A stretch of DNA of 48,435 nucleotides from the sequence record OX461087, one strand, 5' to 3'. How positions within the stretch are numbered: position 1 is the first letter of the stretch; the number at the start of each line of letters is the position of its first letter. Shown here piece by piece: positions 17,080-26,311 of this stretch. Source of the DNA: Escherichia phage EcoIv28_Lewi. A model generated the notes under the pieces. It was not told the origin of the DNA. It searched no databases and saw nothing but the letters and a program-made list of their open reading frames with translations. The position numbers and the translations under genes are program-made.

Positions 17080-18633
17080 ATGATTACAGCTCAAGATATA
17101 TTCAACGAAGCAAGGGAGTTAAAAGTATCTCCGGCTCGCGTTGCCTTCCATCATGGCATGATACCAAGCTCAAATATGTGGCTTGACATCAAGGAAGGCA
17201 AGGAGCGTGATGTAACGTACTCAGAAACAGAACTCACCAGTGAGCACCGGACTGATTTGCTGTCTCGTTATGCAATCGCTGCAGCTCGTGCCGTTCAGTT
17301 CCCAATAAATACATCGTTCATGCATTTACTTGGGTGCGTTGCCAGCGCAATGACGAGAAACTTTAGCGTTGAGTATTACCATTCAGAACTTCCAGTTTCT
17401 CTTTACGTGGTTACTTCTCAGCCTCCATCAGCAGGGAAAACCGCCATCAACTCAATGCACATGAATCCGGTGAAGATTGAATATGACAACCTTTCCAAAA
17501 AGATGGAAAAGCAGATCATAAAAATAAATCTTCGCATTGAAGAGTTGATGAAGGCATACAAAGAGGCAAGCAACCAAAATGCAAAGGCACTAATCGGCGA
17601 TGATATTGCTCGCGAAAAAGAGAAGTTGGAGGAGCTTTATACAATTACATATCCACTGACGGACGCAACGCCGGAGGCTGTTCAGCATCAAGCCATTCAT
17701 GAAGGTGGATTTTTTAATCTGATAAGTGACGAGGCAAGCGTTCTTAACACATGTCTTGGCCTCTCTTACGGAAAGGAAGGTGGAAAGGCAAACGCAGAAG
17801 TCATCCTGAAGGGATGGGATGGAGGATTCATTGGTTCTGCTCGTGTTGGTCGTGGCGTTTCATCTGGTTACGTGCTTGGAAATATAAGTGTGATTGCTCA
17901 GGATGAAAGTATTGATGCCATTCTTGCCGCTGGCGACAGGGGTAACGGTCTTTCTGAACGTTTCCTGATGTTGCGAGAGCAATCAATGCTTGGCTATCGC
18001 GAACACTGGGACATGGTTAATGACTGCCCTGTAAGCAAGCCAATGCCAGACAGCTTGAGGTCGGAATATGCAAGATTTATACATAATGTTGTGTCAGCAG
18101 AAAAAACAAAACTGACGCTTCACAATGACTCAGCAAGAATGATCGGCCTGTTACGAAATCAGTGGGAGAAAAACTTCCTTCCCGGTGGTAAGTGGGACCA
18201 CGTTCTTCTTCGTGGCGCGATGGGTAAAGCTGATAAGCAAATAATCCGTCTGGCAGCAATATTTCACGCTGCTGAAAACTGGTGCGATGGAGGAAGGCGT
18301 TCAAAGATTATCGGTGAAAATGAAATTAGTCGCGCCATCAGTGTTTATGATGCACTGACAAAAACGTTCACTGATGCTGTTGAATCAAATGGATATGCTG
18401 GTGAGCGTTCTGAATTTGATGTTGTTGCAGAAAAGCTACGCTCTGCCGCTCAGAAAGGGAAAAATAGCGTAACGGTGAAGTGGCTTTATGATTCACTTAA
18501 AAACGTACGACCATTCAAAGGGATACCTAAAATTTACGACCGACTCAGGTCAAGTGTATTACCATCTCTGGAGGAGGATGGTTACTGCGTATTTATCGGA
18601 AATACTGTTCACATAAATCCGAGGTTGAAATGA
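17080..18633 (+). CDS. P-loop NTPase, putative replication protein
   Basis: 517 aa, Walker A-like PPSAGKT; first large gene of the replication block. Confidence 0.5.
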   Translation: MITAQDIFNEARELKVSPARVAFHHGMIPSSNMWLDIKEGKERDVTYSETELTSEHRTDLLSRYAIAAARAVQFPINTSFMHLLGCVASAMTRNFSVEYYHSELPVSLYVVTSQPPSAGKTAINSMHMNPVKIEYDNLSKKMEKQIIKINLRIEELMKAYKEASNQNAKALIGDDIAREKEKLEELYTITYPLTDATPEAVQHQAIHEGGFFNLISDEASVLNTCLGLSYGKEGGKANAEVILKGWDGGFIGSARVGRGVSSGYVLGNISVIAQDESIDAILAAGDRGNGLSERFLMLREQSMLGYREHWDMVNDCPVSKPMPDSLRSEYARFIHNVVSAEKTKLTLHNDSARMIGLLRNQWEKNFLPGGKWDHVLLRGAMGKADKQIIRLAAIFHAAENWCDGGRRSKIIGENEISRAISVYDALTKTFTDAVESNGYAGERSEFDVVAEKLRSAAQKGKNSVTVKWLYDSLKNVRPFKGIPKIYDRLRSSVLPSLEEDGYCVFIGNTVHINPRLK

Positions 18634-18827
18634 GTCCAGAAGATAATTGGTATGATGTTGAATGGTTTGATTGCTATCTGTGGCGTCCGCAGATAGGAAG
18701 AAATGTTATGGCATTAACTGTTGATGGTGAAAGAATTCACGCAATTTATGATGGTAATAAATTTTTATCATCAAATGATTTGGTTGAAATAATTCGCGTT
18801 GCATATTGGTGTTATGATGAGGATTGA
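18630..18827 (+). CDS. hypothetical protein (65 aa)
   Basis: Track ORF, ATGA overlap. Confidence 0.4.
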   Translation: MSPEDNWYDVEWFDCYLWRPQIGRNVMALTVDGERIHAIYDGNKFLSSNDLVEIIRVAYWCYDED

Positions 18828-18828
18828 A

Positions 18829-19245
18829 ATGAGCAAAACACACGAACTTAAAATTTTACCTGAGCACTTCTGGCCTGTCGTTACCGGGCACAAGAAATCA
18901 GAGTTAAGAAAGAATGACCGTGATTTTAAGGTTGGAGACACGATTATTCTTTATGAGTGGAATGTAGACTACACAGGAGAGAGAACAGAGAGAACCATAG
19001 TTCACATTGCTGATGTTGGCGCTTATCTTCCCGGTTATGTGCTTCTTTCCCTTAATGAGATTGCTAACTGGAAAGATGCGCGTCTTTTCGACCCTAAAGA
19101 TGGACAGGAGGTTGTTATTATTGATGCTGATCGCGTTAAGGTTACTGCGAAGTATGACGACTCAGGAATATACTGGTGCAATCACACTGGTAAGTCGCTG
19201 CGAAATGTAGCCTTCTGGACTGAGGCGCCAGAGTTCAATGAATGA
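18829..19245 (+). CDS. DUF3850 (ASCH/PUA-like) domain protein
   Basis: Motif HELKILPEHF...GHKKSELRKNDRDFKVGDTIILYEW; start trimmed to ATG after GAGGA RBS. Confidence 0.55.
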   Translation: MSKTHELKILPEHFWPVVTGHKKSELRKNDRDFKVGDTIILYEWNVDYTGERTERTIVHIADVGAYLPGYVLLSLNEIANWKDARLFDPKDGQEVVIIDADRVKVTAKYDDSGIYWCNHTGKSLRNVAFWTEAPEFNE

Positions 19246-19246
19246 C

Positions 19247-19278
19247 AAAAACCCTCCAGATGGAGGGTTTCTTTTATC
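19247..19278. terminator. bidirectional rho-independent terminator
   Basis: Hairpin AAACCCTCC-AGAT-GGAGGGTTT plus T-run. Confidence 0.6.
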
Positions 19279-20227
19279 TGCTAACTGACATTTTCTCTAT
19301 CAACTCGCCAGCATCATAAATCTTTCTTCTGATTCTCTTCGCCATCCTGATTGTGTCCGCATCATCAGGCAGCATCACCGTAAGCCCTGCGTTTTCCGCA
19401 GCGCAAAGTTCGTCAAATTTATAATTAACTATGCAGCGTAACCGTGCTTTCGTCTCATCACTAACAGAACGCACCACTTCCCACATGTTTTCCGGCGACC
19501 AGCAGCACCAGACATGTGCGCCAGTGAAGTAATGGCATTTCCACGCATCGGCATAATCGGACACCAGATAAATGAACTTCCCGTTATCTTCTCCGATTGG
19601 GCTTATCGCGCCACGAGTGAGTTTTCCGTTGATGGCTGAGTCCTTGTTGTATCCTGCGCGGAAAAAAGTTCTGAATGAATCATCATCCATGCCAATGAAT
19701 GCCACGTTGCACGGCTTCATTGTGTCAGCGCGCATCATCTCAACCGCAATAAGCTCTCCAGATTTCCCTCTGACGACGTTAACGTCGCAACCAATACCAT
19801 TTATCAATGTCCACTCATTCATCGCGACACGCGTCGTTTTATCCATGATTGCGGCGACTTCCTGCTCGGTGATGAAGTCGTCGTTATAATTTATCTTCGG
19901 TAACTCCTTCCTGATTGCCTCCAGCTTTTCGCGTGGATGCATATTCAGGAATCCTCCCAGAGCCTCCAGTGCTTCTGGAAAGCTCATGCCAGAGAGTTTC
20001 ATCAGCCAGTTCATGCCGCTACCGGAACCGCACTGATTGCAGATTGCACCGCCATCGCCTTTTGTTTCGAAGTTGTCATCAAAGCGATACCTGTCTTTTC
20101 CTGAGCATGATGGGCATGGCTGGTGCTTGCCATTGAAAACTCTGCTATCCACATTGACGATGGACATGATGGCAGCCTGCCAGTTTCTGAGCATTTTTTG
20201 CTCGATTTCCTTCCAGTCGTATCTCAT
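19274..20227 (-). CDS. DNA primase (zinc-ribbon plus TOPRIM-like)
   Basis: Motif HQPCPSCSGKDRYRF...CNQCG typical of the primase zinc ribbon; start trimmed to ATG with AGGAAG RBS. Confidence 0.7.
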   Translation of the reverse strand: MRYDWKEIEQKMLRNWQAAIMSIVNVDSRVFNGKHQPCPSCSGKDRYRFDDNFETKGDGGAICNQCGSGSGMNWLMKLSGMSFPEALEALGGFLNMHPREKLEAIRKELPKINYNDDFITEQEVAAIMDKTTRVAMNEWTLINGIGCDVNVVRGKSGELIAVEMMRADTMKPCNVAFIGMDDDSFRTFFRAGYNKDSAINGKLTRGAISPIGEDNGKFIYLVSDYADAWKCHYFTGAHVWCCWSPENMWEVVRSVSDETKARLRCIVNYKFDELCAAENAGLTVMLPDDADTIRMAKRIRRKIYDAGELIEKMSVSR

Positions 20228-20239
20228 AAAATCTTCCTG

Positions 20240-20287
20240 TTGACGATGGTGTAGATTCATTGTAATTTACTCGCATGAAACAATCAA
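20240..20287. promoter_or_regulatory. divergent promoters (primase, minus; HNH/helicase block, plus)
   Basis: Plus: TTGACG...TGTAGATT...TAATTT; minus: TTGATT-N17-TACAAT. Confidence 0.45.
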
Positions 20288-20299
20288 TCGTTACTCGCA

Positions 20300-20947
20300 A
20301 TGAAACAATTAATCGTTACAATAGAGGGTAAGAAATGGCTATCACCATCAAGAAGTGCGAGGTTTGCGGAAATGAGTTTATCGGAACTGCAAAAGCAAAA
20401 TGTTGCTCAGGAAAGTGCAGGGTTAAAAAATGCAGGAACCAAAAGAAAGTCACACATTTCACAGGAGAGGTTAAGGGAGGTTCTTGATTACAACCCTGAT
20501 ACTGGTTATTTCACTTGGATTGTCAGGCTTGGAGCAAGGACTCAGATAGGTGGAAAGCCAGGTACTGTTGATGCTGGTGGTTACCTTAAAATAGCGGTTG
20601 ACGGAAAGGCTTTTATGGCGCATCGCCTTGCTTGGATTTACTTTTATGGAGGAGATATATCAAATTCAGAAATTGACCATATTAACGGCAACAGGATGGA
20701 TAACAGGATATCTAACCTTAGGTTAGCTAACAGAAGTGAAAACAATTGGAACCAAAAGATAAAAAATAGCAACAACTCAGGGGTCAAGGGTGTTAGTTGG
20801 GATAAGGGAGCCAAAAAATGGAGAGCTCAATGTATGGTTAATGGAGTGAAGTATTTCATTGGGAGATTCAATAATATTTCAGATGCAGAGCAGGCTGTGG
20901 TTTCTTTTTGTAGAAAATTCCATGGTAAATTCGTAAACAACGGGTGA
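20300..20947 (+). CDS. HNH-AP2 homing endonuclease (start uncertain; possible frameshift with upstream zinc ribbon)
   Basis: Motif EIDHINGNRMDNRISNLR plus AP2-like C-terminus; conserved LDYNPDTG begins ~57 codons into the track ORF. Confidence 0.65.
   Translation: MKQLIVTIEGKKWLSPSRSARFAEMSLSELQKQNVAQESAGLKNAGTKRKSHISQERLREVLDYNPDTGYFTWIVRLGARTQIGGKPGTVDAGGYLKIAVDGKAFMAHRLAWIYFYGGDISNSEIDHINGNRMDNRISNLRLANRSENNWNQKIKNSNNSGVKGVSWDKGAKKWRAQCMVNGVKYFIGRFNNISDAEQAVVSFCRKFHGKFVNNG
20335..20487 (+). CDS. small zinc-ribbon ORF (~50 aa) out of frame with the downstream HNH domain
   Basis: ATG after GAGGG RBS; CEVCGN...CCSGKC pattern; ends where the conserved HNH N-terminus begins in another frame. 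Confidence 0.35.
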   Translation: MAITIKKCEVCGNEFIGTAKAKCCSGKCRVKKCRNQKKVTHFTGEVKGGS

Positions 20948-20951
20948 TGAA

Positions 20952-22886
20952 ATGCACAAAATAGACAAAATGATTTCAGAGATTGACATTGAGAAGTTAA
21001 AGAAATCAATAAAATTAGGTTCAATAGAGCCATATGATTACCAATGGCTTGTTTACGCAAAGTGCGCTGAGGTTATTCGTAATTTTGGCAAGAAACCTGA
21101 ACCAAGCTATGTTACAGCGTCGGTTTCATCAGGGAAGACGGTGATGATTTCAATGCTTTGCAGTAGATTTCAGGATATGGGGTGGGATGGTCTTGTGATT
21201 TCAAGGCAGGGGGAAATAGCCGAGCAGAATGCTGAAATGATGTGGGAGTGCGGTGTAAAAAACTCTCTTTATAGTGCATCTCTTGGCAGGAAAAGCACAG
21301 CATATCCTATTATATGCGGCACTGAAGGAACAATCGTGAACGCACTTTTTGATAAAAAAGATGAATCAAATGGTGACGTTAAGAAAGGTGGGTTGAGTGA
21401 TTTTACCCCAAGATTTTGCCTTTGCGATGAAGGGCACCAAGTACCGTGGCAGGACATTGTCGGTGGTGAACCAACAACACAGTATGGCGTTATACTTACC
21501 GAGTTAAATCGGCGCTGTAAGGCAAAGTATGGACATGACATGATAACTATCGGATTCACTGGAAGCCCTTTCCGTGGCACCGAGTCAATGAAAGGTGCGT
21601 ATTGGAAGAATGAAATAATAAACATTGACACAAAGTACATGGTAGATCGCGGATTTGTTGTTCCAACAATCTTTGGACTTCATGATGTTGATGATTTGCA
21701 ATACGACCTTTCATCATTTCATGGCTCTGATATTGACGGGACGCAGGATTTCACTGCTGAACAACTTAAGCAGATGCAGGAAGAAATACTTGAACAAGGC
21801 ACTCTCACACAGAAAATCATGCTTAAAGTGATGGAGCTTACAAAAGATAGAAATGGAGTGTTAATTACCTGTGCAGGCAAGAAGCATTGTTTAGAAGCTG
21901 CTAAATATCTGCCAGAAGGAAGCTACGCCATTGTCACTGAAGATATGGGGCAAAAAGCAAGACGTAAGGCACTAAAGGATGCATACACTGGAAAAATAAA
22001 ATACACATTCCAGATCGCCGCGCTTACGACAGGAGTCAACATTCCGCTTTGGGATACAAGCGTGATATTACGAAAAATAATGTCGCTCACCCTTCTTGTT
22101 CAGTTGCTTGGTCGCGGTATGCGACTGCTGAAGAAAGAGCAAATTGATGCCGGGTATCATAAAGAAGACCATCTGGTTCTTGATTTCTCAGGCACGATGT
22201 TTGAGCTTGGTCAGTTGTATGAAGACCCAATTCTGGAAGAGGCCGAAGCGCAACGCTCAAAACGCAGTGGAGAACAGGTTCCGTGCCCGAAATGCGGAAC
22301 GATGAACAGCCCATATGCGCGTCGCTGCATTGGCAAAGATGCGCTATCGCCAGATGGTCGTTGCGAAGAGTTTTTCAGTTATATCCGCTGTGGATTTGAT
22401 AAGCACGGTATCCGCATTTTTGATGATGGTTGCGGAACTAAAAACGACCCTACGGCGCGCTATTGCCGACATTGCGATCATGTTTTGCGCGACCCTAATG
22501 CGGCTCTTAATGAACGTGCCTATACGGATAACGAATGGGCTGATGTTATGGATTTCAAGGTTCAGTTAACGAAGGACGGAGAAGGTATTTTGTATCGCTA
22601 CTGGATTAATCGTTGTGATGGCAAAGAGGGCTGGGCTAACGAGGTTTTCTACCCTTACGGCGGAGCAACCCACATGAAAAACATGTTCAAGGCAAAGGCC
22701 ATCTTCCCTCACCTTGATGATAAATCAATAGCTGGGAAAATCCTGAAATGCCAGAACGCCAAGCAGTTCATGATGTATGCGGGGTTGATTAAAGCGCCAA
22801 AACGCATCACACATCGTATTAACGATAAAGGCCGTGACATAATACACAGAAAAGATTTTGCAGGTGAGCAAAGTGAAGCAGCTTGA
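20952..22886 (+). CDS. SF2 (DEAH-type) helicase with C-terminal zinc ribbon
   Basis: Walker A SSGKT, motif II DEGHQ, C-terminal CPKCG...CRHCDH. Confidence 0.85.
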   Translation: MHKIDKMISEIDIEKLKKSIKLGSIEPYDYQWLVYAKCAEVIRNFGKKPEPSYVTASVSSGKTVMISMLCSRFQDMGWDGLVISRQGEIAEQNAEMMWECGVKNSLYSASLGRKSTAYPIICGTEGTIVNALFDKKDESNGDVKKGGLSDFTPRFCLCDEGHQVPWQDIVGGEPTTQYGVILTELNRRCKAKYGHDMITIGFTGSPFRGTESMKGAYWKNEIINIDTKYMVDRGFVVPTIFGLHDVDDLQYDLSSFHGSDIDGTQDFTAEQLKQMQEEILEQGTLTQKIMLKVMELTKDRNGVLITCAGKKHCLEAAKYLPEGSYAIVTEDMGQKARRKALKDAYTGKIKYTFQIAALTTGVNIPLWDTSVILRKIMSLTLLVQLLGRGMRLLKKEQIDAGYHKEDHLVLDFSGTMFELGQLYEDPILEEAEAQRSKRSGEQVPCPKCGTMNSPYARRCIGKDALSPDGRCEEFFSYIRCGFDKHGIRIFDDGCGTKNDPTARYCRHCDHVLRDPNAALNERAYTDNEWADVMDFKVQLTKDGEGILYRYWINRCDGKEGWANEVFYPYGGATHMKNMFKAKAIFPHLDDKSIAGKILKCQNAKQFMMYAGLIKAPKRITHRINDKGRDIIHRKDFAGEQSEAA

Positions 22887-23298
22887 TAGCGGTATATGGG
22901 TATTTGATAGCGGATATCGCGGAGAATGCCCGAAAGAGGAGACTGACCAGATGGGTTACGGCACATGGATGCAATACCGCTTCCCTGATGTTCTGTGGTT
23001 TCATGTACCCAATGAAACTGGTACATCAAGTAGGGTGCAGTTTGTGCTTAAGCGCCAGAAGATGGGGGTTAAGACTGGAATAGGCGACAATGTGATAATG
23101 ACGCCGGGAGTGAAGCACAGCTGCGGAATGATTGAGGCAAAGCGCCGTGATAAAAGCAAAAGCAGAGTGAGCAAAGAGCAATTGTCTGTTTTAACTGAGA
23201 TGTGCAGGCTCGGTCATTATGCCGCCATCGCTTACGGTCTTGATGAACTAAAAAAAGCCACGCTTTTCTATTTTGGCTTGCCTTTTGATTTGGGTTGA
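22858..23298 (+). CDS. VRR-NUC domain nuclease (start uncertain)
   Basis: Small nuclease-like protein after the helicase; track start is TTG, a GTG or ATG further in is possible. Confidence 0.55.
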   Translation: MQVSKVKQLDSGIWVFDSGYRGECPKEETDQMGYGTWMQYRFPDVLWFHVPNETGTSSRVQFVLKRQKMGVKTGIGDNVIMTPGVKHSCGMIEAKRRDKSKSRVSKEQLSVLTEMCRLGHYAAIAYGLDELKKATLFYFGLPFDLG

Positions 23299-23335
23299 TG
23301 TAGATTCATTTACGTGATGATGAGTGAGGTTAACA

Positions 23336-24274
23336 ATGAAAGTCTATTTCAATAATGAATTAAGCAATCAGGATTATCATGCTGACACAGAGCACATTAA
23401 TGGTTCTGGATTATGGAATATACTTGACAGATGCCCAGCAGCATGGCGCTACAAAGATGAAGAAGATGAGCAGTCAAAAGCACTTATCTTCGGAACAGGA
23501 AGCCACACAGCACTGCTTGAACCTGAGCGTTTCGATGCAGAATATGCACGGATGCCGACAAAAGAAGATTTTGGTGATGACCTGCTTGTTACTGTAAGTG
23601 ACATGAACTCATGGGCGAAAGAGCGCGGGATTAAAGGACTTTCAGGAAAGTCGAAAGCTGATGTGATCAAAATAATTCGTGCAACTGGCGAGCCAGTGAA
23701 GATTTACGATGTTATCCGTGAAGAAGCTGAAAAAGCCGCAGCGGGAAAGCAAATGCTGGAAGGTGGTGATTATGATGCCATTCAGCAAATGCGTGCTGTA
23801 ATCCACGCAAACAGCTATTACAGCAGCCTTCTTTCTGGTGCTTATGCTGAAGTATCAATCCTCGGTGAGCTTAACGGAGAAAAAGCAAAGGTTCGTTTTG
23901 ACTGTCTTACAAAAGGTGGAGACATCATTGACTACAAGACAGCAGTAAGCGCCAAGCCTGAAGAGTTTTTCCGTCATGCTGCGAGACTTGGGTACTTTAT
24001 GAAAATGGCGATGCAGCACGACATGTTTGTTGCGGCATACGGTAATGCACCGCGTTCGGTAAACCTTTTAGTTCAGGAAAAGAAAGCGCCGTTTATTCCT
24101 GCGTTAATTCGCTTGACTGAAGAGCAATTACGAATCGGTCGCATTCAGTTGCATGGTGCAATGGAAATTTACAAGGCGTGCAAAAAAGCCAATTCGTGGC
24201 CGGGTTATTCAATGGGCAATCCTGTTATCGAAATGGAAACGCCTGAATGGTTCAAGAAGCAATTTAATTTATAA
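23336..24274 (+). CDS. PD-(D/E)XK-family recombination exonuclease
   Basis: Motif FDCLTKGGDIIDYKT; immediately upstream of erf and ssb. Confidence 0.6.
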   Translation: MKVYFNNELSNQDYHADTEHINGSGLWNILDRCPAAWRYKDEEDEQSKALIFGTGSHTALLEPERFDAEYARMPTKEDFGDDLLVTVSDMNSWAKERGIKGLSGKSKADVIKIIRATGEPVKIYDVIREEAEKAAAGKQMLEGGDYDAIQQMRAVIHANSYYSSLLSGAYAEVSILGELNGEKAKVRFDCLTKGGDIIDYKTAVSAKPEEFFRHAARLGYFMKMAMQHDMFVAAYGNAPRSVNLLVQEKKAPFIPALIRLTEEQLRIGRIQLHGAMEIYKACKKANSWPGYSMGNPVIEMETPEWFKKQFNL

Positions 24275-24285
24275 TTAGTGAGGTG

Positions 24286-24951
24286 ATGAAAATGATTTTC
24301 TCGGAACAGAAAGCAAATCTGATTAAGGCTCTGGTTGAGGCTCGCAAGGTGATGAGCAGCGGCGCAAAGAAAAACGCCAATAACCCACACCTGAAAAGCA
24401 ATTACGCAAACCTTGAGTCATTTCTTGACGCGATACGTCCAGCTCTTGAGGCAAACGGCCTCATAATCATCCAGAATGCCATTGATGGCGATTCAATGGA
24501 TGTGCTTAAACTTGAAACCACCATCATGCATGAATCTGGCGAGTACATGTCATCCGTTATGCCAATGCCAGTTGCTAAGAAGGATGCGCAGGGTTACGGC
24601 TCTGCAATGACGTATGCGCGCAGATATTCAATCGCTGCAATGTTTGGTATTGCTCAGGCTGATGATGACGGTAATGCTGCTCGCAAATCGCCAAAGGATG
24701 CTGTTGCATTAATTCGAAATGCAGCCAGCATGGAAGAGTTAGCCTCAATCTATGGAGAGGAATACAAGGCGTTTCGTGGCGATGATGCGGCAACTCGCGT
24801 GATTGTTGGCGCTTATCAGGAGATGAAGGCAAAATTCATGGTATCAGGAGAATCATTCAACCCTGCGAAACTGGCTAAACCGCAACCACAACAACCAGAA
24901 CCGCAGGAAGAAAAAACCGAACACAAACCAACTCCAATTGAAGGATTTTAA
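24286..24951 (+). CDS. erf: Erf-family single-strand annealing protein
   Basis: Motif GSAMTYARRYSIAAMFGIAQADDDGN closely resembles the P22 Erf core. Confidence 0.7.
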   Translation: MKMIFSEQKANLIKALVEARKVMSSGAKKNANNPHLKSNYANLESFLDAIRPALEANGLIIIQNAIDGDSMDVLKLETTIMHESGEYMSSVMPMPVAKKDAQGYGSAMTYARRYSIAAMFGIAQADDDGNAARKSPKDAVALIRNAASMEELASIYGEEYKAFRGDDAATRVIVGAYQEMKAKFMVSGESFNPAKLAKPQPQQPEPQEEKTEHKPTPIEGF

Positions 24952-24954
24952 TAA

Positions 24955-25461
24955 ATGGCTCGAGGCGTAAATAAAGTAATTATTGTCGGCACTCTCGGAA
25001 ATGACCCTGAAGTAAAATATTCAGCATCAGGCTCTGCAATTGCCAACCTTTCTGTTGCAACATCTGAGCAGTGGAAAGATAAGCAGACAGGAGAAAAGAA
25101 AGAGCAGACTGAATGGCATCGTGTAGTCATCTTCGGGAAACTTGCTGAAGTTGCAGGAGAATACCTTCGTAAAGGTTCGCAGGTTTATATCGAAGGCCAG
25201 CTGCGCACTCGTAAATGGTCTGACAGCAACGGCGTGGATAAATACACCACTGAGATTGTCATTCCACAGATGGGCGGCGTTATGCAAATGCTTGGTGGTA
25301 AGCGTGATGATTCTTGTCAGCAACAACCACGACAGCAATCAGGCCAACAACCTCAAAGCGGATGGGGAACAAATAAGCAACAGCAGCAGCAATCAAAACA
25401 ACAAAGCCCACAAGGAGGCAATGAGCCCCCTATGGACTTCGACGATTCAATACCCTTCTGA
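24955..25461 (+). CDS. ssb: single-stranded DNA-binding protein
   Basis: Near-identical to the E. coli SSB OB-fold ([35 protein letters not shown]) with acidic C-terminal DDSIPF tail. Confidence 0.9.
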   Translation: MARGVNKVIIVGTLGNDPEVKYSASGSAIANLSVATSEQWKDKQTGEKKEQTEWHRVVIFGKLAEVAGEYLRKGSQVYIEGQLRTRKWSDSNGVDKYTTEIVIPQMGGVMQMLGGKRDDSCQQQPRQQSGQQPQSGWGTNKQQQQQSKQQSPQGGNEPPMDFDDSIPF

Positions 25462-25479
25462 TACCATCAACCACTTCTA

Positions 25480-25512
25480 AAAACTAACCCCGCAGAAGCG
25501 GGGTTAGTTTTA
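25480..25512. terminator. bidirectional rho-independent terminator
   Basis: Hairpin CTAACCCCGC-AGAA-GCGGGGTTAG plus T-run between convergent blocks. Confidence 0.6.
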
Positions 25513-26289
25513 CGAGTAAGCACTCTCGAACTTACAAAACCAGGTTGCTCCTCCATCAGTTGTTGATAGCCTAAAAACTTGCGTTCCAGATGATGTCAAA
25601 GATGGAGTATTGCTTGCTAACTTAACATTTGCACCAAATGTTATTGTTTTAGATACTAATGAGTAAATAGATAAAATAACCTCAACATAACCAATTAGTA
25701 TGTTTGTTAATAGCGCAGGGGTTATTGTTACATTTCCTGTAACTGTAGCTGAGATGTAAGACGCGTCTGAAAAGTTAGGTGCATAACTTGCTGTTGGCGT
25801 TTCAAACTTTGAAGCTCTTACTAATACAGGAACACCAACATTTTTCCTGAAAATTGTACTATTGCAAATAGTATCATACTCTATGCCGACAAAGTTCTTA
25901 GCTGCAAGTATATTGGTAAATGACTGATCTATAGAGTAAATATGATTTATCAATCTTGCTACCCATGCTGGTGAGTCTGAGTTTTCACACTCAATGAATG
26001 AACAGTTGATACTACCAACAGCGAATGGCATTAATGATGCCGTATATGAAGATAGCCCTGCGTCATTGAATGCATTCATATTCACAAAAGTCTGGCATTG
26101 AGAGAACGTATTACCTGTGGCTCCACCATCAATAAAAAAGCCAATCCCACCGTTGATATAACCATCTACAGCATCTAAATTTGCTTTCGTATAATCCCAT
26201 TTTGACGGTGAATCAGCAAAGCACTGATTGAAGGAATTGTTTATTGAGTTCTGTACAACAAAGTTGAGAAAAAGTTCATATAATAACAA
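25510..26289 (-). CDS. putative tail fibre / receptor-binding accessory protein
   Basis: 259 aa, Gly/Ser/Thr/Asn-rich; last gene of tail block; no in-frame ATG near the 5' end, so start is unclear. Confidence 0.4.
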   Translation of the reverse strand: MLLYELFLNFVVQNSINNSFNQCFADSPSKWDYTKANLDAVDGYINGGIGFFIDGGATGNTFSQCQTFVNMNAFNDAGLSSYTASLMPFAVGSINCSFIECENSDSPAWVARLINHIYSIDQSFTNILAAKNFVGIEYDTICNSTIFRKNVGVPVLVRASKFETPTASYAPNFSDASYISATVTGNVTITPALLTNILIGYVEVILSIYSLVSKTITFGANVKLASNTPSLTSSGTQVFRLSTTDGGATWFCKFESAYS

Positions 26290-26311
26290 GGCCCATTATC
26301 GGGCCTTATGT

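Noticed and set aside
20337-20383. Programmed -1 frameshift site for the zinc-ribbon/HNH fusion
   Set aside because: No canonical X XXY YYZ slippery heptamer in the right frame near the junction; an indel or two separate genes is more likely.
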